Shown: positions 25,480-37,246, counted from the first letter of the stretch. The stretch: DNA of 64,000 nt from Octopus vulgaris (GCA_951406725.2 OX597832.1:57164001-57228000), one strand, 5' to 3'. Notes: generated from the letters alone by a model not told the origin. Numbers and translations: made by a program.

Positions 25480-26691
25480 TTAGTTTTGACACATCTTCAG
25501 GACACAAGCAGGGAACCTATCGGGACCTACTGCTGAATTATGCTTCATTTCCTTTATTGCTGCTAAGACATCAGGAGCGCCAAATGTTATGTCCGATAAA
25601 GTGTATTGGGGAGTAACATCACTGATACAGCCCAGATCAGTCATATCAGGATTGCTGAAAACAGAGCAATATTGTTTCTGCAATATCTCTCCCATGGTTT
25701 TGGCATTGTCTTGAAGAGTACCATTTTCATCAATCAGAGGGCCAACAGTAGAACCAGTGACTCTGTGTTTTTTTGCAAATGAAAAGAACACTTTGGGATT
25801 GAGTTTGATCTTCTCAATGGCCCAGGCCTCTTCAGCTCTTCGCTGACTATTGATGATAGACATCATGTTGTTTTGGAGTTTATGTTTTTTAATCTCTAGC
25901 GACGAGATGGCAGTCAGGTTGGTGTGTTGCTGTTGACAGTATTTCAGCTTGTTGATTTTTTTGTTTATTCTTTTAATTTTCCTGATGAGAGATTTTCTAT
26001 TTCTAGGGATTCGACACTTAGATTTGTTTGCAGATCTTAATGGGGTGTGTTTTGCACATATGTTTGTAATGGTGTCTACAAATGACTGCCAGGACTTTTT
26101 GATGTTAGTGGGTGTGTATGTGTGCGTGAAGGACCAATCGACTTGTGCAAGATCATTATTGATCGCTTCCCAGTTTGCATTGTGGAAATCCATAGTGTCA
26201 AATGGATGAACAGGAGGGATGACATTTGTTTTGCATTTTGGCCAGTGAAATCTCAGATCACAGAGAACCATGTCATGATCGGAGAGTAGGGTTTTCTTCA
26301 CTGCAATATTGTGGATAGTATCAGTGTGATTGCTGAAAATTAAGTCTAAGACGTTTTTATGACATCTCGTTGGTTCGAGTACCAGTTGGGACAGGAAGAA
26401 ATCATCCATGAAGTCAAGAAGCGATTCCACTGCCTCCCTGTCAGGGGTTGAGAGAGAAGAACCTGGCGGCAGACTGTTTGTAGACCAGTCAACCCCGGGA
26501 AGGTTGAAGTCTCCCATCATTAAAATGTTGTCAGGTTGACACTGCTGAATGAAACACTTTATGTTGTTGAGGCATTCCTTGAAGCATGGTAGGAGCGTTT
26601 GGGGTGGTCTGTAGAGCCCAACTACTGTTAAGTTGTTGGTTTGACTGAATACAGCGACTGCTTCGCAGTATCCATTGGAAAATATGTTCAT
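25480..26691 (-). pseudogene. LINE ORF2 apurinic-like endonuclease and linker (403 aa)
   Basis: YRPP, GDFN, LDL and SDH motifs. Confidence 0.92.
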
Positions 26692-26794
26692 GGCTTCTGT
26701 TGAGAATGAATCATGAACATAAATGGCAGTCCCACCCTTTCTTCTGCCAGCACGATCAGTACGAATGGTTTTGAAATTTTTAACTATATATTTT

Positions 26795-26871
<77 letters not shown>

Positions 26872-28310
26872 GCACATACATATATATATAATGAGCTTCT
26901 TTCAGTTTCTGTCTATTAGATCCACTCACAAGGCTTTGGTTGGCCCAAGGCTGTAGTATAAGGCATTTGCCCAAGGTATCACAGAGTGGGACTGAACTCA
27001 GAACCATGTGGTTTGACTGAGGACTGGCAAGTCAGGAGGCTGCATCTGGCTCCACTATGATCTGGCAAGGTTTCTACAGCTAAAGGCATGGGAGCCAGTC
27101 AGGCAGTACTGATATCAACCATGCTTGAATGGTGCTTTTTACATGCCACTGGCATGGGAGCCAGTCAGGCAGTACTGGCATCAACCATGCTTGAATGGTG
27201 ATCTTACATGCCACCAGCACAGGAACCAGTCAGGTGGGAGTGAGATATTTTACAACCGGTTATGCAGCATCTTTCAGTGTAGATGTGTCTTATCAGGTGA
27301 CTTTTCAAAAGGTACCTCTCTCAGTAAACTTGGTTTTGCTTGGTTTGATTATACAGCATGCCATTATTTGCCTGTTGGTGGTTGCCTTTAGGTTTTTTGG
27401 TTTACAATGACATGGAATGGATACAGTTAATTTTATAAATATACAATCAATGGGTCTGTATAAGGTCTACATATGGTGAATGCACGTGGCACTGTGGTTA
27501 GAGCATCGGGCTCAGAATATTTCATGTTGCTCCAGTTCACTCAGCTGTAGAAATGTAGAAATGAGTTGTAACATCACTGATGCCAAGCTGTATTAGCCTT
27601 TGCCTTTCCCGTGGATGACATCGGTGGTGTGGAGGCTGGTATGCATAGGTAACTGCTAGTGTCCCATAAAACGACCTTGCCTGGACTTGTTCCTTACAGG
27701 AGAACTTTCTAGATGCAGTCTATGACTGAAGGGGGTCTTTTTTTACATGGTTACTCATAGATAAATGACAAAAGAAAAAGTGAACGATTATTTTGATAAG
27801 TATACACATGTTGATGTAAGCACACACATACATATATAGACACATACACACACAAGCATGCACGCACATGCACACACACACACACATACACATTGACTCG
27901 TGGACACAGACATTCGCCCCTACAGTTACAGATAAGGAAATATTAAATAAAATCATAAAAATAAAGACAATCTCATTAGAGGCAAACAGAGGACATTGGC
28001 AGAATCAGGCCATTGGGTAGAATTTGGCGGCTGGACATCTCAATCTGATATACACCCCACTGTGCAGCCAGGGAAAACAAAGTTTGATGTCGATATATTC
28101 TGGTCCATTCATGCACAAGTAATTATATATATGTGTACCTATATATACATGCATACACATGTACATATATATATATCTCTTCAGTAAATTATAAATCCAA
28201 AAGAGAATCACACCCTAAGTTATAGAGCAGTAGAGTATTTAGATAAAAATAGTTATGGCCGATTCATAGATTTACACATGTCTTGTCAAACCCTAATGGG
28301 TGGTGGCCAT

Positions 28311-28374
28311 TAGGGTCTGATGAGATGTGTGTAAAGATAAGTGCTGTATGAACATGAAACCTTTAGTAACCTTA
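28311..28374 (+). ncRNA. minimal type I hammerhead ribozyme motif in a PLE-like fold-back
   Basis: Stem I TAGGGT/ACCTTA, core CTGATGA, stem II ATGT/ACAT, GAAA, short stem III C-CTTTA-G, cleavage triplet GTA. Confidence 0.7.
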
Positions 28375-28782
28375 TGAATCAGCTATAACAATTCTCTAAA
28401 TATTCTCATACATATATACATACATACATATGTATGTGTGTATGTATGTATGTATGTATGTATGTATGTATGTATCATCATCATCATTTAACATCCGCTT
28501 TCCATGCTAGCATGGGTTGGACGATTTGACTGAGGTCTGGCGAACCAGACTCCAATCTGATCTGGCAGAGTTTCTACAGCTTGATGCCCTTCCTAACGCC
28601 AACCACTCCGAGAGTGTAGTGGGTGCTTTTACATGCCACTGGCACAAGGGCCAGTTTGGTGGTACTGGCAGCGGCCATGTCCAAATGGTGCTTTTTACGT
28701 GCCACCTACACAGGAGCCAGTCCAGTGGCACTGGCGACGTCATCACTCGAATGTTTCACATGCCACCATGAATGTATGTATG

Positions 28783-28817
<35 letters not shown>

Positions 28818-28821
<4 letters not shown>

Positions 28822-29640
28822 TATTTAAAGGACACAATACCAGTCTTTAAGTGCTAGTAAGAGTTTCATATATTGAGAAATATCTCAGATGTATTCATCA
28901 GGCACAAACTACATATCATAACAAACTAAAAAGATTGAACAAGAGAAGAAACATGTAAGAACTTAGAAGGCAGCATATGGAAGACATGGAAGGTTAAAAA
29001 AACAAAAAATGGAAAACGGGGAAACAGAAAATGGAAAAATGGAAAGCGAAAACGCAAAAACTGAAATGTAAAGATTAAAAAGTAAAAAGGTAAATCTCTG
29101 TTATCTTCCTTAGATCTTAAACAATAAGGCTGGAAAGATAACAGCAAGTTAATTAGGAATATAGGGAATTTTCCAATTTTTCAAAATATATTTGTACATA
29201 AACTTGCAACTGCTGAAAATTTCAGACCTAGAGTTCAGTAGAGAGTTAAAGATCTTAGATATGAATGGGATCTGTGCTCTTTAAGTGAAACAAAGTCTAT
29301 ATTTATTCAATCCATTAACATAAGGTATTGATTTCTCAATTACTTTCCACTTGATCACCTGTGGTGTCTCATTATTTTTTTTTTTTTTACTTGTTACTTT
29401 TTACATTTTTAGTATTTGTTTTTTTTTTGTTTTTCCATCTTTTTGCCTTTCCATTTTTTTGTTTTATGATTTCTATATTTTTAACCTTCCTTGTTTTCTA
29501 TACAATTGAGATATACTGAGATATTTCTCAACCATATGAAACTATAAGCAGCACTTAAAACCATGTATTCTGTCCTTTGAATAAATGATACTTATCTCTC
29601 ATCAGATGGAGTACTTTTTTGTTGAATTTTCTATCATGGA
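28818..29640 (-). mobile_element. Penelope-like element with inverted terminal copy and hammerhead motif
   Basis: About 28820-28890 is inverted at about 29517-29585; minus strand GTGC-CTGATGA...GAAA...TA-GCAC at 28905-28851; PLE ORF tail near 29200-29290. Confidence 0.65.
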
Positions 29641-29658
29641 AATATATATATATATAAT

Positions 29659-29706
<48 letters not shown>

Positions 29707-29711
29707 ATGTG

Positions 29712-29745
<34 letters not shown>

Positions 29746-30120
29746 TACACACACACATATATACATTCCCATATATACACACCTGCACATGTTTACAAAG
29801 GCACAGACTGTATCCATCTCATGTCATTCGAAACCACAAAGCATATAGGCAACCACTGACAGATAAATAACGACCTGCTGTATAATCAAACAAGGTGAAA
29901 TTGAATTTATTGAGTGATGTACCTTTTGCAAAGTCACCTGATGAGACACAGCTGCACCAAACAATGCACCATAACCAGCTGTGTTCTACTTCAGCTGCAT
30001 GGGATCAATGCAAAATAGGTCAAAACAATTGGCGGGATTAATAAAGAACCTAGAGAATTCTATTTGCTGTTTCCCTCATTTGACAAACATTGAGTCATCA
30101 TCTTCATCTTCATCGTTTAA

Positions 30121-30847
30121 CCCTTTTGTTACTGTATTTATTTTCAGATGCTCTGTGTTTCTCTCAATTATTTTAGATATAACAAAGAATTTAGTAAAAT
30201 AACTTAGTATTTATTAAGCTAGTGTTAGGGAACATTAATTGTGACTAAGGTTTGGTAGAAGATTTTGATACAAAACTTATGGAAACAAGACATTTGTACT
30301 CAGAGCCAGAGGTGGTTTCAGCCAGGTTGGTATTGAAAGGGTTAAGAATTGTTTCCCTATTATGTATTTTAACCCTTTTGTTACCATATTTCTGTTGAGA
30401 TGCTCTGTATTTCTTTCAATCAACTTTAAATATAACAAAGAATTTAGTAAAATAACTTAGTTATCATTAAGCTGGTGTTATTAACATAAATTGTGACTAA
30501 GGTTTGGTGGAAGATTTTAATTCAAAACTTATGAAAACAAGACATTTGTACTACAGAGCCAGAGGTGGTTTCAGCCAGGTTGGTATCGAAAGGGTTAAGA
30601 ATTGTTTCTCTATTATATATTTTAACCGTTTTGTTACCATATTTCTGTTGAGATGCTCTGTGTTTCTTTCAATCAACTTTAAATGTAACAAAGAATTTAG
30701 TAAAATAACTTAGTTATCATTAAGCTGGTGTTAGGAACATAAATTGTGACTAAGGTTTGGTGGAAGATTTTAATACAAAACTTATGAAAACAAGACATTT
30801 GTACTACAGAGCCAGAGTCGGTTTCAGACGGGTTGGTAATGAAAGGG
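30121..30847 (+). mobile_element. tandem array of three piggyBac-type MITEs (~222 bp each)
   Basis: TTAA-CCCTTT...AAAGGG-TTAA units at 30121-30341, 30373-30594 and 30626-30847, separated by a 23-bp spacer. Confidence 0.85.
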
Positions 30848-31341
30848 TTAATGTCAGTCGTCTATGCTGCCATGGGTTGGACAATCCAAGAGGACTGTAA
30901 CTTAGCAATTCAGCAAAAGAGATCGACAGAATAAGTACTAGGCTTACAAAGAATAAGTCCTGGGATTGATTTGTTCGACTAAAGGTGGTGCTCCAGCATG
31001 GCTGTAGTCAAATGACTGAAACAAGTAAAAGAATAAAAGAAAGAAGAGAACAAGATCACATTTACATAATACAAACCTTGTTAAGAATTAATTAGTTAAC
31101 GAAGAAAAAATATGTTGTCCAGGTGCTATGTTCAGGTGCAGTAGGTAGTCAAATTGATTATCTTCAGGAAGATTTTTGGGTCATATGCTTCATTACAAGG
31201 GTATTGATGTTTTATGATCCTTAATAGGCATTCTGCTTTTATTTTAGCAGTTTAAAGGTTTTGTATCAAACAACTATGGTCGTTAGCCAGCTTTTTATTG
31301 ATATTGAGGTCGGGTAAGAGCCATTTCTACAACAGTCAGTT

Positions 31342-31412
<71 letters not shown>

Positions 31413-32099
31413 TATAAAATATATATATATACATACAAACATGCACACATACGGATGTAATTGTTACATGCTCACAGTTGTCTACAGTGGTTTATTTGCC
31501 CCATGGAGCATTTATTTAAAAAGCAAATATATATAAGGCACCATTCGAGTGTGATCGTTACCAGCGTTGCCTTACTGGCACTTGTGCCTGTGCTAGTAGG
31601 GTGCCAAGAGCACCATCCAAGCGTGATTGTTGCCAGAGCGGCTAACTGGCTACCGTGCCGGTAGCATGTAAAAGGGCACCATTCGAGCGTGATCATTACC
31701 AGCGTCGCCTTCCTGGGACCTGTTCCAGTGGCACATGTAAAAAGATTTGAGTGAGGTCATTGCCAGTATCGCTTGACTGGCCCCCTTGCCTGTGGCACAT
31801 AAAAAGCACCCTCTACACTCTCGGAGTGGTTGGCATTAGGAAAGGCATCCAGCTGTAGAAACTCTGCCAGATCAAGATTGGAGCCTGGTGCAGCCATCTG
31901 GTTCGCCAGCCCTCAGCCAAAATCGTCCAACCCATGCTAGCATGGAAAGCGGACGTTAAACGATAATGATGATGATGATGATGATGATTTATGTATATAC
32001 ACATATTAGGAATAATATACAGGATAGGAAAATTATAGGAATTTTTCTACCAGCAGCCTACCATGCAGAAAATAGTCAATAGACTATATATTATTCATA

Positions 32100-32279
32100 T
32101 AAATTTAGTGTACATATAAACACAAAAGAGGTGACCCTAACAGGACACCTAACATGCTAGAAGGAGCAGTCAAAATCCAAATTACCCTAACCACTCCTTC
32201 TAGCATGACTGTTCCTTCTAGCATGTTAGATGTCCTGTTAGGGTCACCTCTTTTGTGTTTAAATGTACACTAATTTTAT
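32100..32279. repeat. ~73-bp inverted repeat (PLE-like fold-back)
   Basis: 32100-32172 versus 32206-32279 with few mismatches. Confidence 0.8.
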
Positions 32280-32449
32280 ATAAACACACATATACATTTA
32301 AGGGGCAATTTTTGTGTGTATACACACATTTTTTTTTCTGTAGTTTCAGATGCACCACCGTTAACATGTATAATTATATAGTCCCATATTCAGTTATAGT
32401 AGAAGACACTTGTCCACAGTCTGAACCCAGAACCATGTAGTTTGGAAGC

Positions 32450-32835
32450 ATCATCATCATCATTGTTCGACCGTGGTCGAGACAATGGAATTTACCATGC
32501 TACGCCAGACTTCACGGTCCATCATGGCATTACGGAGGTCCTGTTGCTGGATGCCTGTATCCCTGGAGATTACATCAGGGTAGGAGAGTGTGCGCCCTCT
32601 GGCATTGCGAGTAGATGGCTTCCAGAGGAGAAGAGTAGAAATTACCTCTTTTTCAGCTCTACAACAATGTCCAGCAAACTGGACTCTCCTACCTTTCACA
32701 AGAGATGACACAGGTGGTAGTTTCCCATATATTTGCATTTTGGTTGGATGGCGCTTCCACGAGAGATTTTGAGCTCTCATAAGGAGGCGAGTGTAGGTTC
32801 TATCCAACAGCCTCTCAAGATTCTTTGATAAGTTT
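32450..32835 (-). mobile_element. RTE-type LINE 3' end
   Basis: ORF 32460-32885 LDRTYTRLLMRAQNLSWKRHPT...RVQFAGHC; same family as 16411-16650. Confidence 0.85.
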
Positions 32836-33624
32836 GGAAGCAAACGTCTTACCCTATGGCCACATCTGCACCTAAGCACAACCATGCCTGTACCTCCATA
32901 CTATCACACTCGCTTCTTTTCATTCAGATATTATTGACTCACCAAACATATCTGAGGCCAAGTTACACTAAATAGAAATCAGTTAATTATCATTAACAAT
33001 ATGAGTATGCTCATTTAGAAATTCAACCATATGAGACAAATTAGATTTTCAATAATGCTGGTTATTGTAAAGTCAGAAAGTTAAATGTGGTTTTATTGTA
33101 TTTAAAACAACAAAGAAAACTATTTCCTTTCTTAGTAATGTGACTGTCTTTGAATGAAATGTTTGTTTAACTATCAAGGCTTAAGTTTCCATTTTCTTTC
33201 TGTCATAGCAACAAGTCAAGCTGCTGTAATAGAAATGTTTACTCCTTGTAATGACCAGAGAATATTGATCAGTCATTGTTACCTAGCTGTTGTATGACAT
33301 AAAGATAGCTCAATCAACATTGATAAACTGTTAATGGGCAAACAATTAATAGGTTAATAACTGCAATTCTAACACTTGCTTCACAATCTGTCAATGATCA
33401 AGAGCAAAAGATTTATTTCATAAATTTGATGTTTACAATTGAGGCATGATTTAAATAAAAAAAAAAAAGCATAGGCGTAGGAGTGGCTGTGTGGTAAGTA
33501 GCTTGCTTACGAACCACATGGGTTCAGTCCCACTGCATGGCACCTTGGGCAAGTGTCTTTTACTATAGCCTCGGGCCGACCAAAGCCTTGTCAGTGGATT
33601 TGGTAGATGGAAACTGAAAAAAGC

Positions 33625-33667
<43 letters not shown>

Positions 33668-34249
33668 ATATGTTTGTGTGTGTATATGTTTGTGTGTCTG
33701 TGTTTGTCCACCCAACATCGCTTGACAACCGATGCTGGTGTGTTTACGTCCCCGTAACTTAGCGGTTCGGCAAAAGAGCCCGATAGAATAAGTACTAGGC
33801 TTACAAAGAATAAGTCCTGGGGTCGATTTGCTCAACTAAAGGCGGTGCTCCAGCATGGCCACAGTCAATGACTGAAACAAATAAAAGAGTAAAAGAGTAA
33901 GAGAGCATGTTTCTGGTTAGGTTACTTGGCTCATGATTGTAAAGTCGTGAGTTCAATTCCTGGCAGGGTATTGTGTCCTTGAGCAAGACACTTCATTTCA
34001 TGTTACTCCTCCAGTCCACTCAGCAGACAAAAATGCATTGTACCTGTAACTCAAAAGGGTCAGCCTTGTCATACTCTGTGTCACATTTAATCTTCCTGAG
34101 AGCTACATTAAGGGTACACATGTCTGTGGAATGCTCAGCCCCTTTTATGAGCAGGCTGTTCCACTGCTCAGATCAACTGGAACACTCATTGTTGTCACTG
34201 ATAGAGTGCCACTTTTTCTTTTTCTTAAAGAAAAGCCATCTATGTATCA

Positions 34250-34479
34250 ATAATAAATCTCAGAGCGAGTTATAAACAGTAGCTACAACACATCGTGACG
34301 TATATTTGCCATGTAAATATGGCTAACCCCTAAGGGTGGATGCTACTGTAGTTTGTAGCCCCAGGAGGACACCTCCTCCAGTCTATAGCCAGCTGGAGGA
34401 GGTGTCCTCCTGGGGCTACAAACTACAGTAGCATCCACCCTTAGGGGTTAGCCATATTTACATGGCAAATATACGTCAC
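34250..34479. mobile_element. retro-insertion consisting mostly of a perfect 87-bp hairpin, with 13-bp TSD
   Basis: Arms 34295-34381 / 34393-34479, 11-nt loop; CATCTATGTATCA at 34237-34249 and 34480-34492. Confidence 0.85.
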
Positions 34480-34492
34480 CATCTATGTATCA

Positions 34493-35330
34493 TTCTTTAT
34501 TTCATTATATTTGCCATAAAGGCAGTACATAGAGTAAAGTAGCTCTGTGGGCTGGACAAGGAATGATAATGAAAGAATGATAATGAAAGAAAGATGATAA
34601 GGATGGGAAAAGACGAAAAGTGCCTGCCGACTTTTGCTTCTCTAAAACATTGTTCTTTAAAACCAAACACAATACGAGGTATTAAAACCTCTTACAACTT
34701 TTACAACTTTTCAATTTTTGGACTTAACAGTCCATTATAAACAACAACATAGTTCAATAATTACATATAATATATATAAATACTATACACAAAGCCCCTC
34801 CTTCCAGACCAGGTTGTACGCTTCCCTTAGGCAATGCTCCAGCTCCAGGTCGGGGCCCCAGAAGGCATATCTAAACATGTCCTTTGAGAAGGTTTTCATC
34901 ATCCTGACCATAGCGACATCTGATATGACCTTCATAGTCACCTGTCCAGGACATGGGCTCGTCCCTCCGGTCATCCAGCATCTCTACATAACTCTGTATT
35001 ACCCCTTCCTTCTGAAAGAAGATGACAAAATCATGTCTCCTGGGAGGGGCCGCTGTTTCCTCTGTCAGTGGCACACATGCCACCAACAAAGTTTCCGGGC
35101 ATGCCGACAGTTCATCATCAACCGCTGGCGATGTCCCATTCTTTTTCTTTTCTCCTTTACGACAATAGGGTGGAGTTCCTCTTTCATGTCCGGAAGTCCT
35201 TACTTCCCTCCCACCGCCTCAGGATCCATCGGTGGGCAACCATTGTTGCCCAGCTTCTTTCTTCTTTTTCCTTTCTTTTTCGAGGGGGTGGAAACTAGAG
35301 ATGATCACCTTGTAACTTGCATGCTAAGGG
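34493..35330 (-). mobile_element. retroelement with a decayed non-RT ORF and LINE-like 3' end
   Basis: 3' end shared with the TSD-flanked copy at 22323-22531; frameshifted protein-like segments ...PPRRHDFVIFFQKEGVIQSYVEMLDDRR... and TFSKDMFRYAFWGPDLELEHCLREAYNLVWKEGLCV*. Confidence 0.55.
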
Positions 35331-36523
35331 TCTAAAGTGACCCCCTATAGTTGAGCCAGGAATGGAGGATTTATAAAAGAGAATGGCTAATGATTCTAGG
35401 TGAGGAGAAGGAATGAGGGAAGGTAGGAAGAGAGGGTGTGGGTGTATGGCAGGTAGCAGGGGTGAAGAAAGAAATTAGTGATAAAGGTAACCAAGGAAAA
35501 GGAGGAACTAGCTTGAAAGGGCCATAAGGTGTGTTGTGCAACAGAGCATCTGGGGCTGCTATCCAACATTATAAGGGGTGAGTATGGACAGAAGGTGTGT
35601 GGGAAAGGGGGACAAGAAAGAAGCAATAGCCTGGGGTGGGAAGGGATTCTGAGAGAATCATTGAAAGGGAGAGAGGCGAAGGGGGCTTCATGAAGGGGAA
35701 AGATGAGAAGGGGTGTTGAAGGTGCAGAGAAGCTGTAGAAGAGAGGGTGAGTGTTGACAAGAGGTTGGAAGGTGTCACAGACATAGGAGGAAAAGAGGAA
35801 GAGCAGAGTGTAAATGTTGCAAGAGAATCTAAGGTGGGGAGGAACTGGAACTGATAGAGATAGAGGGGGAGAGAAAGAGAGAAGAGAGAGGGGAAGGGGA
35901 AGAGGAAAAGACAGAAGAGTGAGAGTGAGAGAGGGGGAAGAGAGAGGAAGATAGATGAAAAGAGAGAGGTGGGGAGAAAGAAGAATGAATGAGAATCAAA
36001 GTTGACTCCAAACAAGATTCCAGTTAAGAATCTAAATGGATATAATGAAAATTTTGCAAAGAATTTAAATCTAGCATCGAACCATTTCAAAATATTTGAT
36101 TTATTTATCTATTTATTTAGTTATTCATTTATTTATTTTTCTTTTTGCTTTAGAGAAATAATGTTAGTTTTTTTTTATTTATGAGATGAATTCACATGTG
36201 TTGTTTTTAAGTTGTTTTCCAAAATTTTGATGTAAAATTGCATGTTGAAAGCAATATTGTAACTTGAGAGGGTCACATTGCCAATAAACACACACACACA
36301 CACACACATACACACTTGTAATTCACTTCATGGAAAATTTTTAAATCACGGAAAATGTCATAACTGTATGATGAAAATATTTATGACTGACTAATTAATT
36401 ATAGAAGTAAAACTGTTTATTCATTAACAGTATTATAACCCTAACGAAGTCTCAAACTGCGACAGTAATTTATGTCATTATTTATTTTGAAACAAATTTT
36501 CTTTTATCAGCCTAGAAACAACA

Positions 36524-36575
36524 ATGTCCTCAGTACTTTTAAAGTGGATTTTGATGTGCATATTTTGGAACCCAG
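36524..36575 (+). CDS. PLAT-mucin membrane protein, coding exon 1 (signal peptide MSSVLLKWILMCIFWNP)
   Basis: Acceptor TTTTCTTTTATCAG ending at 36510, ACAATG start, phase-1 donor CAG|GTAAAA; joins in frame to 38194 to give ...WNPVLST. Confidence 0.75.
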
Positions 36576-36981
36576 GTAAAATAAGTTTTTTTAAAAATTT
36601 TATTTTGTATTTTAAAAAAAAGAAAAAAATTTCCCCCTGTATGTATGTATGTATGTATGTATGTATGTATGTATGTATGTATGTATGTACGTATGTATGT
36701 ATGTATGTATGTATGCATGTATGCATGTAGGGAGAATTCACAAAAAAACAAAAAGCGAAGACAGGTGGTATAGACAACAAACAGATGTATTAGTATAATG
36801 CTCGGGAAGTGAAAAAGTCTTTAACATTTCGAGCCTATGTTCTTCCACAGAAAGCAACAAGGAGAGAAAATAAAGAATGTTATGGGAATGTAAACACAAC
36901 AGCATTGGTTGTCAAGCGATGGTGGGGGGACAAACACAGACACACATATATGTATACATACATACATACATATATATATAG

Positions 36982-37245
36982 TGGAGGTGCGTGGCTTAGT
37001 GGTTAGGGTGTCAGCATCATGATCGTAAGATTGTGGTTTCGATTCCTGGACTGGCCAACACGTTGTGTTCTTCAGCAAAACACTTCATTTCACGTTGCTC
37101 CAGTCCACTCAGCTGGCAAAAATGAGTAATGCTGCGATGGACTGGCGTCCCGTCCAGCTGGGGAACACATATGCCATAGAAACCGGGAAACCGGGCCCAT
37201 GAGCCTGGCTAGGCTTTAAAAGGGCGCATTTATTATTATTATTAT
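36982..37245 (+). mobile_element. tRNA-derived SINE (family 'D') with a V-domain-like core
   Basis: GGAGGTGCGTGGCTTAGTGG...TTCGATTCC head and GCTGCGATGGACTGGCGTCCCGTCCAG core; related heads at 9500-9740 (-), 33910-34210, 39995-40378 (-) and 58190-58516 (-). Confidence 0.7.
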
Positions 37246-37246
37246 C

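Larger units (their letters stand above)
23921..26775 (-). mobile_element. 5'-truncated CR1/L2-group LINE (APE endonuclease + RT), frameshifted
   Basis: ORF 25480-26691 has GLYRPP, MMGDFN, LDLIFS, LSDH, GPD; ORF 24005-25225 has YLDFSKAFDRVDH, SGVPQSTVLGP, FADD, RPHLEYCCPLWSP; TTCTAAGT-type tail; flanked by (TA)n. Confidence 0.95.

Noticed and set aside
30117-30851. CRISPR-like repeat-spacer array
   Set aside because: Eukaryotic context, long units are near-identical MITEs with TTAA ends, and no cas genes.
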